A stretch of 63,550 nt of DNA, filler included, from Licmophora abbreviata (taxonomy: Eukaryota): assembly GCA_900291995.1 (NCBI GenBank). It is 17 parts of 17 records of this genome, joined end to end, with 100 filler letters (N's around TTAATTAATTAA, not from the genome) between each part and the next. Parts side by side here need not be neighbours in the genome. Positions count along the whole stretch, not along the records: positions 21,179 to 24,350 come from OLMU01005277.1; positions 24,451 to 25,917 come from OLMU01005278.1; positions 26,018 to 27,634 come from OLMU01005279.1; positions 27,735 to 32,187 come from OLMU01005281.1; positions 32,288 to 44,002 come from OLMU01005283.1; 12 more parts are not named here. The stretch is one strand, 5' to 3'. Below the pieces are notes generated by a model. It was not told where the DNA came from. It was given only the letters and a program-made list of their open reading frames with translations, and ran no database searches. A program made the position numbers and the translations under genes. Below, in pieces: positions 21,332-32,624 of the stretch. How positions within the stretch are numbered: position 1 is the first letter of the stretch; every line of letters begins with the position of its first letter.

Positions 21332-22758
21332 ATGGAGGGTTGCCGTCGTTGGACGCAGCAGAACTCAGGCGTGATGGTCTTGGTGCTGGTTGCGACGGTC
21401 TCGGTAGCTCTGAGACTCCTCTTCGCCGTTAAGACTACTACCATCTTTGACGGCCAATCCGAGCCCGCATTCTCAATTTCGAACCTTCGCTTCGTCGCAT
21501 TTGGCTCTTCTCGCGTCTGGGGTTCAGGAGTATCAGATAGACATACCAAAGTAAGAGCAAAGTAGCTAGAACTCCGGAGTAGACCTACTAGTCTGTTTCT
21601 CGTCTCAACAGCTCACCACCTCCTGCCACGCACCTCTGTCTTCAGGCATTCATAAAGCTTCTCTCTCCTAATTCCACCAATCATGGTATCAGGGCAACAG
21701 GACCCGAATACCCTGCTGCCTGTCTGTATTCCCTCATTGGAAATGAAACGTTTGATGTGATTGTCCAAGAGGGTCATATCCCCGTGAGTGATGTAAGAAA
21801 AGTTGTGGCACGACAACGAAGGCGGTTTCCTTCTGCTGTCATTATTCTGTTGCAGATTAAGCACCTTGTTTTCTTTCGGAATGCCGATGGTGCTAGTTTG
21901 GAATCGTGGCTCGAATCGGAAAATCTGACTGTTCACGACGAGCGTCTACGTGAGCGCATCATGCAAACACCCAAGACGTTCTGGAGATTGCAGCCGAAGT
22001 TCATGGACTTAGAGGACATTCGCAAGTGCTACGGGGCTTTCATAGTGAAGTTTCCAGATGAAGATGAGCTTGAAGATCCTAGAGAGTTCATTTGGAGGAA
22101 TGCAAAGTGGTTTTTTGATATGGGGCATCCCAACGAGTTTGGACATGAAGAAATTGCATTCCGTATCCGACAGCTGCTTGGGAACGTCACCGACCTAAAG
22201 CGCCACGACGACGCAAGACCGTGGAATGAGGAGAACAGGGACACTTGCCTCTCTTGGTTCAATACAGAGGGAGTGGAGACTGAGGAAGACGTTGGAAAGA
22301 TTACGGATTTGCAAGAGGTGGTAGATCACAACCTTGAGCTAGTGCAGTTTGATGTTCCGCATCACAAGTGGGCACTGGAGACGCCGTTCGACGGGAGCGG
22401 CTTCCTCACGGTGACTAGTGTCGCCGCATCCGAGGTTCATCTGTGGTACATGAAGATGGGCCCACGGCTTGATCACTACCCCACTACTTTGGTCTATCTG
22501 AACAACGAAAGAGACGATGCGGTCACGGTGTCGTCGGGGCCCTTTCGACGCGCTCACATGAGCAAACAAATCTACGTGGGAGAGACGACAGCGGGGGCTG
22601 TCACCCTGCACTTTCTGCCGACGCAAAATGGCACCGAACACCCCTTTCGAGTCACTGGGATTGCTCTAGCCCCACATTTCAGCAACGAAACTTTCCAATG
22701 TGTGGGCACCAAAAGAACTTATACAAGCAGCGGGAGCGAGAAGCGGGGTACGAACTAA
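21332..22758 (+). CDS. Type II membrane SGNH/GDSL-like esterase or acyltransferase; intron 21551-21645
   Basis: TM helix; FVAFGSS (block I), GIRATGP, DMGHPNEFGH (DxxH). A GTAAGA...TTCAG intron joins ORF 21203 in frame to ORF 21757. Confidence 0.7.
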
Positions 22759-22926
22759 AACGAGACGGCCTACGGCTTTTGGGCAGATAGACTTGTTGTT
22801 CGCTTTGTCGTGGCGGCGCCCCTAACGTCTACGGAACAACTTCATGCATCCCTATCTTTCTAGCGCAACATGCAGTACTAGTACTGTGTTCATCCGCCAC
22901 CCCGTCCCAAGCCAAAGATTTTTTCC

Positions 22927-24606
22927 TCACGTCGCAGCAGCAGTAACAGCAGCAACCACTTCTACGACCACCAAAAAGTGTTCTTTTGACTTTGCCGTTT
23001 GCCGTGTTTTGACCGTCACTGCAAACTTGCCGGGTCCAGTGATTTGTTTGTCAGCCGTCACGCAATACGTGCCATCGTCATTCACCTCGGCTGGAATCAC
23101 GGTCGCTTGAGCCACACAGCCAGTGTCACCACCGCGATTGCCACTGATACTTCGTACCACCGACACGTCCGCTCCCGACTTGGATCTCGAATACACGGAT
23201 ACATTCATGCACTCCTCACTCGACAGACGCCCCACTTGCACAGTTTTCGACATGCCACTGCGCACAAAGCTCGTCAACTCGGTCATTTGCCGCAAAACAC
23301 CCTTCGGTCGTGACAGTTCTTCAAAGGAAATGGACTGACCGCCGTAATCCGACAAGAGCTCCTTCTTGTCAATCAGCTCCAACAATCGCTTCTGTCCCTG
23401 ACTGGCATCGCTGTAGATTTCAATCTTGGCCGCCGTCCGGGGATGCAAAAAGCCCTTCATGATACGCCAGGAAAAGGCAAAGTAGCCCGGCGCATTCAAG
23501 ACAATCGTCTTGTTGAGAACTTCTGGGAACGAGCCAGTGGCTTCAGAGAGTTTTTGAAACAGTCCCATGGTTCTAGAATTCAACATGCCTGCCGTAAGGC
23601 CTTTCAGATCCACCACAAAGACTAGTTCGCACCGTGCCTTGTCGGGGTGCAACTTGGCGACTTGTTTGGGAAATGCATATTTCAGACCATACCATAGATA
23701 TCGCACCAGTTTCGTATCAATATCGGTACAACAATCGATGCCATCGACATTGACGCGTCCCGCTTGAAAAAAGGCAATCGGACATCCGCTCTTGGCACTG
23801 CCATGGAAATTGTAGGGATACTGCGAGAGAAAGACGGATGCGGGGCATCCCAGTGCGTCATCAATCTGCAAGTAGAAGTTGTGCGACTGGGCTTTTTGGA
23901 AGCGCGGTACGTGTTCCGACATCATTTCCAGGACGGCGGGAGGATCGAATTGACGTGCTCGTAAGAAGCGACAGAGAGCAAAGGCCTCGTCTTCATAGCC
24001 ATCCCACACGTGCACCATGTCGTAGTAGGCTTTTGTTGTTGTTGTGTTTTGGAGTTGCCTTCGAAATTCCAAGCAGTGTTCGAGTTCGGGAGATGTCAAG
24101 TCACCAGGATAGCCCTGCAGCTGCAGTCGATTCTTGGGCGTGGTGAGTCCCTCCTTGAGAATGACCGTGGGACGTCTCGGACTACTGAGACTCGCAGCAG
24201 CACTTTTACTAGTGGCAGTATCGCCCTCTTCTTCCAGTAATAGTAACGTACTAGGCTCTTCCATGAGGATGGAAGACCGTGGGCGGCGGTTGGCGACTTC
24301 TGCCGGGGCATACGAGTCAAAGTCCGACGTGCGACTCTCACTGAAGAGTTNNNNNNNNNNNNNNNNNNNNNNNNNNNNNNNNNNNNNNNNNNNNTTAATT
24401 AATTAANNNNNNNNNNNNNNNNNNNNNNNNNNNNNNNNNNNNNNNNNNNNGGTAGTGTTGTCGGGGTGTGGAGTAGTGGACGTACTAGTAGCATCTTGAG
24501 GAAGACGGCGTGTCAAAGAATTCTTGGTAGTAGTAGTACCAGAAGATTGCAGATGTTGCTGCGACGACGCGATTGCTTCCTGCTCCTTGGAGTTGCCGCA
24601 TCCCAT
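22927..24606 (-). CDS. CRAL-TRIO (Sec14-like) lipid-binding protein with probable N-terminal acylation signal; spans the gap at 24351
   Basis: LCRFLRARQFD, VVDLKGL, FPEVLNKTIVLNAP, LHPRTAAKI, DYGG. The frame is open up to the gap; the ORF beyond the gap starts MGCGNSK. Confidence 0.85.
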
Positions 24607-25014
24607 AACGACGATACTGTGGTTCTGTTGATTGTTAGAATGACTTTTAACTATATAAAAGAATCAAAAGGGTGCAAAAGGGTGCACACTTCTAATATGA
24701 TACTCGGGAGTACTACGATATAGTAGTATCCAACAACCATCAGCAATTTAGAGTTGAAAGTGAAGATTGAGGATTTGAGATTGGCCTCCAAAAATCAAAA
24801 ATCAAAACTTCATTCTATCGTCTTGCCGTCGCTACGTTTGACATACGACCGACAGCAAGACCGGGGCGGTACCCCTTCGCGCGCCAGCCGACACGAACAA
24901 CGTTCGGTGCATTTTCACAACTTGCGCATCAAAACTCACACGCATCATGGAAGTGTGTGATGTTTCGGTTGGCTTTGTCTAAGCTTTCTCCTTTCCCCCT
25001 TCTTGTTCCGCACC

Positions 25015-25125
25015 ATGCCACCGAACGACGATCCTACAGAACTGACGCACCTGATGGAGTCTGGTGGCGGCGATGATCATTCTTCGACGAGACTGTCCTC
25101 GTCGCCTTTCTTTTCCAACAACAAG

Positions 25126-25156
<31 letters not shown>

Positions 25157-26865
25157 GGAACAGGACGAATCTCGTAGCTGCAGCTAGCATTCTTCTTCTT
25201 GTTGTTGTGGTGGTTCTCCTTGTTCTTGCCGTTGTCAGTCCTCTGCACTCGTCGTCGTCTGAAACAATCAACAATCCTACAGCAGATCAAGAGACGGCTT
25301 CTACTGTTCCCCCCTCGACACGATCGAAATACACGCGAGTTCAGGGCATTGGCTTTCAGATTTACACCGGTGGCGCTCCAGCCTTGTTGTCGACATCGTC
25401 TACTGATAACAACAACAACGACGACAACAACAACAACAACACATTCTCCTCCTCCTCCTCCTCCTCGCAACAACAACAACGACTCAACCCCGAATGTGTC
25501 AATCGCAACTCATACGGAACTGTCGTGGGCGACGACCAGGACGACTTGCGTTGTTATATTGGTCATGACGATGCTTCGCGAGACGTACAGGACCGAGTGT
25601 GCATTATGCGTCATGCAGTGGAAACTGCCTATCAACAACAACAACAAAAAGCGACTACTACTACTAATAGTAGTACTACTACTACAACTACTAGTAGTAG
25701 TACACTCAAGGTGTTCATTGCGCCCGAGTTCTATTGGCGGGGTGTCGATGGAGCCTATCTTTTTGAGGATGAGGCTCCTGGAGATCCAAAGGTTTGTGGA
25801 CCGGTCTGTCAGCTGCTTCAGAGTTTGGAAGATTTGGTGGCGGATGTACGATTCCAAGATTGGCTCTTTGTCTTTGGAACTGTGGTGGCGTCGGAACGTC
25901 TGTCGACGACAAATGATNNNNNNNNNNNNNNNNNNNNNNNNNNNNNNNNNNNNNNNNNNNNTTAATTAATTAANNNNNNNNNNNNNNNNNNNNNNNNNNN
26001 NNNNNNNNNNNNNNNNNCGACAAATGATCACAATGACTACTTGTTTTACAACTTTGCGCCAATCTACAAGGGCTACGATCCTGCCTCTACCAATCATACG
26101 GGGAAACGCTTCCTTGTACCCAAACGGTACGTCTCGAGCAGTGACTTTTTGACCCCCCAACGACACTTGGATCCCAGCATGTACAAGATGCTTGTGGGAC
26201 AAAAGCTGCCTCAGCATGACACGACCGTATACAATCCCTTTGACTTTGATCGGAAGCGGTACGACTACAATGTTTGGGAAAATTACAAGGACGAGCTCAA
26301 GAATCTTGGATATGCCATGATTGAATACGATTGGCTCATGATGGATGGACTCAGTATGACGCTAGAAATTTGTTTTGATCATCAAATGCGATCCGCATTG
26401 AACAGTTACATGGGTGATATAGTCTCGGGACGCAAGACACTCATTCCGAGTTCGAGTGAGGAAGATGGGTTGACGTACACGTCTATACCCAAGTATCAAG
26501 CGCAAATTAGTATTGTATCTTCCGCCGGGATGACGGTTGTACCCGAGTCCCTCGCTCTTACGCACGGCGGAGTCATGTTCTTACAGGACGGACTTAGCAA
26601 CGACACCAACCGCATGTACTGGGGTGTCGAGGGATGTGAAGTGGGCTTGCAATTCGATGGCGGGACTGAGGCAGTCCAGCGCAAGGCATTCGTGTCGGCG
26701 ACGGATGTCTTTTTCGAACACAAGGCGCTTAGTACATTCCAACGATACGATCTCTACAAGGCCAACGAGTTTGAAGACAAGATCAATGGGTCCTTTTCGG
26801 CCAAGGTCTATCCACCACAGATTACTGTCTTTGACTCGATTGACATTGCCAAAGTCACGCCATGA
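25015..26865 (+). CDS. Type II membrane protein with carbon-nitrogen hydrolase (nitrilase superfamily)-like motifs; spans a false gap
   Basis: VFIAPEFYWR (Glu), VPKRY (Lys), LEICFDH (Cys). An 11-nt overlap (cgacaaatgat) across the 25918 linker restores one frame. Many trinucleotide-encoded homopolymers. Confidence 0.6.
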
Positions 26866-27134
26866 CAACGATGATTGTGAGAACATAGAAAAGGATAGAA
26901 AGAATAGAGAACAGGAGTAGATCTACATTTAGAATACCATTAACAGAGAAGGAGAGACGGCTGTCGTTTTGTTGTATTCTGGCACCTGCGTGTTTCGCTC
27001 GACTGCCATACATAGCTAAAGCGAGAAAAAGAGGCCAGAACAAGAGATTTCTAGAGCCAAGAGCAGAGCATGACGTTGACATGAACCTTGGTTCGTTCCA
27101 GCAACACATATAGACGAATGTATCATTGGACTCG

Positions 27135-27634
27135 TCAAGAGGCATACTTCCGCAGGGAGTCCACGCTGACCAACGTTCGTTCCGGCAATATCAATCCGGT
27201 TAGTTTCCTCCCGTAGACAGCCCCTGTGTCAATCCCCGTCGCGTACTCATGCTGTTGCAGTCCACGATGCGCATCGTGACCAAACACAACATGAGGCGTG
27301 TGCTTCCATTCTCGGGCCCAAGAAGGTCCTGGACTGTGTTTTGGCAGAGCTTCATAGTGCTCCTTGTCGACGCGTTGGACCGTTCGGATTGTTACCATTG
27401 TATCTGAGGATTGTTGATGTATTGATAAATGTGGGAGGAAACCACCATGAACCACCGTGTAGTCACTGATGGTGCTGGGAGAAAACTCGCCCCAAAACGA
27501 GGCCGGAATGGTGATAGTGTAGGGTAGTTCGCTCATCCACGCGATATCATCGTCCGACAAGACCGAGTTTCCATGGGAGTCGTACATCCAGGCAAACTTT
27601 TTCTTGATCTTCTTTTTCTTGATCTTCTTCTTCC
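27135..27634 (-). CDS. Metallophosphoesterase (ApaH/PrpE-like), C-terminal part; 5' end lost in gap
   Basis: VVHGGF, VVFGHDA, GIDTGAVYGRKLTG. Confidence 0.85.
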
Positions 27635-27734
27635 NNNNNNNNNNNNNNNNNNNNNNNNNNNNNNNNNNNNNNNNNNNNTTAATTAATTAANNNNNNNNNN
27701 NNNNNNNNNNNNNNNNNNNNNNNNNNNNNNNNNN

Positions 27735-30145
27735 GCACACACCATCAGCAACTGCACCATCATCATCAGCAATACACGTGGCCGACGATTGAGTTTCAAC
27801 ACATTCCATTGGACAATCTAGACCGAATGCATGTGCAAGAGTTAATTTGCAGTGTACTGGAGTTGAAGAATACGACCCCGGAGGACACACATATGGCCTC
27901 ACTGGCGGATGTGGTCTATGAACGTACCGAGGGAAATGCGTTTTATGTGTTGAACTTTTTGACGTTTCTGGAGGATCAAGGGTTTCTCGTGCAGAATCCG
28001 GAGACTCTGCTGTGGACTTGGGAAGACAATGCGATCCGTGACAGTCTCGATTCAAAAGATACAGTCGTCGACTTGATTGCCAAAAAGATTCAGTCCGAAT
28101 TGGACGATGACGAGCAAGTCGTATTGAAAGTCGCAGCGTGCATGGGAAAAGAACTGGATGACTCTGCCTTGACGTTAGTCATGGGCAAGACATCCTCAAG
28201 CAATACTTCTGCAAGCGCACTGGTACCGCGAGCACTGGAACGAGCTGAGAAGGCTGGCTTCTTGGTGTTTGTGCCGCATGCGGGTGGATACCAGTTTGTG
28301 CACGATCATGTGCAACACGCGGCGTTTTCGTTGATCCCGGAGCATGCGCGCGCGGCATTTCAGTGGGATATTGGACGGAAGCTGTGGAAAGTGTCGAGTG
28401 ACCAAGCGTTGGAGGCGAATATATTTGTTGTTGTAAATCTACTGCATGGAGCGTTGGAGGCGGGAACCGTGCCTCTGAACATGAGCATGCGGTACTCCGT
28501 CGCAGAGTTGCACTGGACGGCTGGGGAGCGAGCAGTTGCCATGTCCGCATTCCCGGATGCGGCCTTGTATCATACGCGTGGAATCCAATGGCTACCAGAC
28601 ACATCATGGGACGCCAGGTACGGCCTGTCACTGGCTCTTCATACGGCGGCGGCGGAAGTGGAAATGTGCAACGGGAATTTTGACCACGTCAAGGAACTGA
28701 TCGGCACCGTTTTTCAGCAAGCGACATCTCTCGTTGACAAATTTAGCTGCTACATGACTTTCATCGCCTGCATGGGCCAGCAAGGCAACATTCAAGAAGC
28801 ACAACGAGTGGCCTTCGAAGTACTGCGTGGACTCGGGGAACGCTTTCCGCGGAGGGCAACAAAAAAGGCGATTGCTCGAGAGTTTTTTAGAACCAAGTGG
28901 GCCACTCGAGGGAGGAGCGACAGGGACTTTTTACAACTGCCGGTCATGACGGATCCTACCAAGTTGTCCGTAGGGCGCGTCATGGCGCTTTTGTTTCGTT
29001 ATCTCTACATGGCAAGGTCCCCCTATGCCCCTCTCGTTACTTTTCGAATGATTCGTCTCTGTCTCAAGTATGGCAGATTCAATGGTTCCGCCTTGGCCTT
29101 TGCCCAGTATGCGATTGTGGTGGGAAGCGTAATGGGAGATATCGATACAGGCTGCAGATACGGACGTCTTGCGATATCTCTATTGGAGAGTGAACCCCGA
29201 AAGATATTCTGGTTGCCACAAGTGTACCTTGTATATTGTGGCTTCATCGCTCACTTCGTGGCGCCACTTCGAGACACTCTTGATGATTTGAAGTTTGCAT
29301 CCAGAAGTGCGCTGGAGACAGGCAATCGCGAGTCCTCTATTATGAACGGTTTCATGTACTGTGAGAACTTGTATTATTCGGGTGGGTCCCTGGATTCTTT
29401 GGAAGAGGAGGTATCAACGCTCGCACAGTGCATGTCGCTATACAAGCAGGAGAATATGCTTCTACTGATGGCACCTCTTCAGCAGCTACTCGAGAATCTC
29501 AAAGGGAATTCCAAGAATCCAGCCATTTTGCGAGGCTCCCTTTTTGACCGTGACCGTGCGTTGAAAGACTCAAATATACATGGAGTCGAAGGCGTTATGG
29601 TGTTTTGGTTGTACCTGGCGGTAGAGGTTGCGTACCTCTTTCGAGATTTTCATCAGGCCTCGGAGTTGTGTGAGCAGTTTCGACGGTCAAAGCAGGACCC
29701 GCCTGCGGACTTTGGCTTCACGAAGCTGCTCGTCACCGAAAGTCTAACTATTATGGCAATGGCTCGTCTGGCCAAGTATGATGTGCATAAGGCCGTCAAA
29801 CATGTCAAGCAGAGCATCAAGAAAGTAGACAAGTGGGCCTCCTATTCCCCTGAGAACTTTGGCTTTCGCAAGACACTGTTGGAAGCGGAGCTTGCGTCGC
29901 TGGAGGGACAAATGGACACGAGAGGTGTTGTCGCACTGTATCGGGAGGCGATTGACGTTGCGAAGCACGAAGGTTTCATCAACGATGCCGCTGTGGCCTG
30001 TGAGCGTGCGGGCGATTATCTGCTGCGATCGGATGCCGCAACAGAGGAGATCATGGAGTATTACTGGGAATCATGCGAGTTGTATAGTGAATGGGGTGCT
30101 CCTGCGAAGGCACATCAGGTGAAGAAGAGGCTGATTAGCAAATGA
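27735..30145 (+). CDS. C-terminal part of a COG3899-type STAND ATPase with helical/TPR-like repeats; 5' end lost in gap
   Basis: RTEGNAFYV, LKVAACMG, YQFVHDHVQHAA, AG..A...SAF..A, LLEAE, WGA.AK. Confidence 0.8.
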
Positions 30146-30352
30146 TAAAGTTGTAGAGTAGCAGCAGTGCTTTAAGAAATGAAACAATTGCGTATCAATC
30201 GATGCGTCCCGTTCAGATGCAACGCGGGAAACTCCATTTGAAAGTCATGTAGTTCGAGCTAGAAAGAAAGATAGCGCACGCATAGACCTCGCTGTTTCTT
30301 CAAGGTAAGAGATACGAGTAGAGCACAAAGATTCACTTCAAAGCACGACGTG

Positions 30353-31139
30353 ATGCCTGAGTTGACGATGGTGAGCGTTTTGGGGATTCTCCATGTGTTG
30401 CTAGTCGGTGGCACATTGCTCCAGGTGTCGGATGCCTTTGGGGTCTCTAGGGTGACGTCGAGGCGTTTCGTGGTACGCCTACAGGAGACAAACGACATCG
30501 AGCAAGAAACGACATCATCTTCGGCTGACAAGTTTCTGTCGACCAAGTTCCCTGAATTTCACCAGCTCTTGGTAGAGCCGAGCAAGGAGGTTAGCAAGGC
30601 ACTTTCAGACAACAAGGATTGCACTATCTTTGCTCCCAGTGGGGCTGTCTTTCAAAATTTGGGCGACAAGCGTCTCACGCAGCTACAAGATCCGCGTAAT
30701 CTTGAAACTGTCGAAAAGATGGCGGCTTACCATGTCGTCGCCGAGGAACGTGTTTCGTGGAACCAGCTTTTTCAAGAAGACTGGACTGTGCCTAAAGTGG
30801 ACGGCAAGCCTCAACTCAGTATTGGAGGCGTCAAGACGCTTGGCGGCGAAGTTACTGTAGGCCGCTCCATGAGCGGTGGTAAGTTCTCATAGACACATGT
30901 GGAAACGAAGATGGTACTGCCGGTTCTCACCTGTCTCGCTCTGCCTCTCCGATTCATCAGGGTTGTTTGGTTCGCCATTTGGGGCCAAGGAGGATGGTGG
31001 CGTCACAGTGGGACCGACTGCAAAGATAGTTAAGTCCTTCAAGGTGGGAGACAATTGTATTGTCCACGAAGTGGACGCTTTGGTGTCTCCGGAAATACTA
31101 TGGCGATACTGCGATCAACTTCGAATTCCTGGGTTTTGA
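30353..31139 (+). CDS. Fasciclin (FAS1) domain protein with plastid-type presequence; intron 30879-30960
   Basis: Signal peptide ending SDA-F; TIFAPS..F, YHVV and IVHEVDALV FAS1 motifs; the intron preserves frame. Confidence 0.85.
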
Positions 31140-31234
31140 TGACTTATGATAAGATGCCTACTAGCTAGCTAGATACACCAAGCGACATGTGCGCCCTAAG
31201 AAAACGACATGCTAGCCGCTTGGATCTAGAACTA

Positions 31235-32187
31235 TCACATGGGTGTCACCTGCACGACTAACAGAAAGTTCTCGGTCGTCTTATGCCCGGATTGATTCTC
31301 GATCGCAACGGTGAATTTTCCTGGCCCTCTCTTGTTTTGACAAATCTGGGTGCAGCAAGGTCCACCGTCATTAGACTGTACCGTCGTGTGCATCACCTTG
31401 GTGTCGTCTTCCCCTAGCACGGAGACCTTGGCTCCCTTTGTAGACCTTGTAAACACCAACACATCGGCCTGCTCCTTCGCTGACAAAGAAAAGTTCAGCT
31501 TGGCCTCTTTGCTTCGCGAGAGACTCATGAGTTCCGTCGTCTGTGCGAAAGGACCTGTAACAACAGGGTCGGCACTCCCAGCACGTGGTTCTAGCGCAGC
31601 CTCCGTAAACGTGGGTCCATTACCACCAAAGTCCGCCAGCAACTGTTCCTGGTCAATCAGTTCCGCCAATCTCTCTTTGCCAGAGTCAGAGTGGATTTCA
31701 ATCTTTGCTCTTGTACGTGGATCCAAGAATTTTTGGATGACCTTCCACGTCAAGGCAAAGAAGGAGGAGGCGTTGACCAGCACGACGCGATTCAAAATCT
31801 CGGGGAAGCTGCCTGTAGCCGCGGCAAGCTTTCCAAAGACGTCGAGAAGGCGTGATGTTACCTTGGGCATGCCCTTGAGATCCACCACCATGACAATCTC
31901 ACAGCGAGCACCGTTGGAATTCTCCCGTTTTGCCATGCTTACTTGGTCTGTCAAGGCATGAGTCAGGGCGTACCAAATGAAACATATGATTTTCTCATCG
32001 AGATCCGTGAGACACTCAAGACCATCAATACTGAGTCGTTCGGCAGTGAAGTAGGCAGCGGCACATCCATTTTTGGCCACTCCACTAAAGAGAAATGGAA
32101 ATTGCGTCAAGAATACAGAGAGAGGGCATCCAAGAGTACTGTCGATATCACGATAAAAGTCGTTCGCTTGAGCGTTGCCAAAGCGGG
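31235..32187 (-). CDS. CRAL-TRIO (Sec14-like) protein, paralogue of 22927..24606; 5' end lost in gap
   Basis: RCEIVMVVDLKG, FPEILNRVVLVNA, LDPRTRAKIEI, DFGG; C-terminal beta domain collinear with the other copy. Confidence 0.85.
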
Positions 32188-32624
32188 NNNNNNNNNNNNN
32201 NNNNNNNNNNNNNNNNNNNNNNNNNNNNNNNTTAATTAATTAANNNNNNNNNNNNNNNNNNNNNNNNNNNNNNNNNNNNNNNNNNNNAACGGGAGAGAAG
32301 GTGTTCTGGAGTGTCGCAAGAGGAGGACAAAGAACACCCAGTGATGCACGGAAGATTCATTCCAAAACTTCCCTCTCTTTTTTCGCCCTCATCAGGATGA
32401 AGCCGAGCACCGATGCGGCGGTTGGTGATCGTAACCCGGAGAGACGTGAAGGTACTGATGAGTACCGCTCATGACTCACCACCGCGCGGGCGGCACCCCT
32501 GTCCGGGTTCCTTCGTCCCCGCAGTTTTGAAGTTCCGAACGGATGACGACGACGATGGCAGGCACAGGAACTAGAGGACAGTTTCAAAACGACTTGACCA
32601 CCTCTCAGCGGCGCCCCTGTTGCC

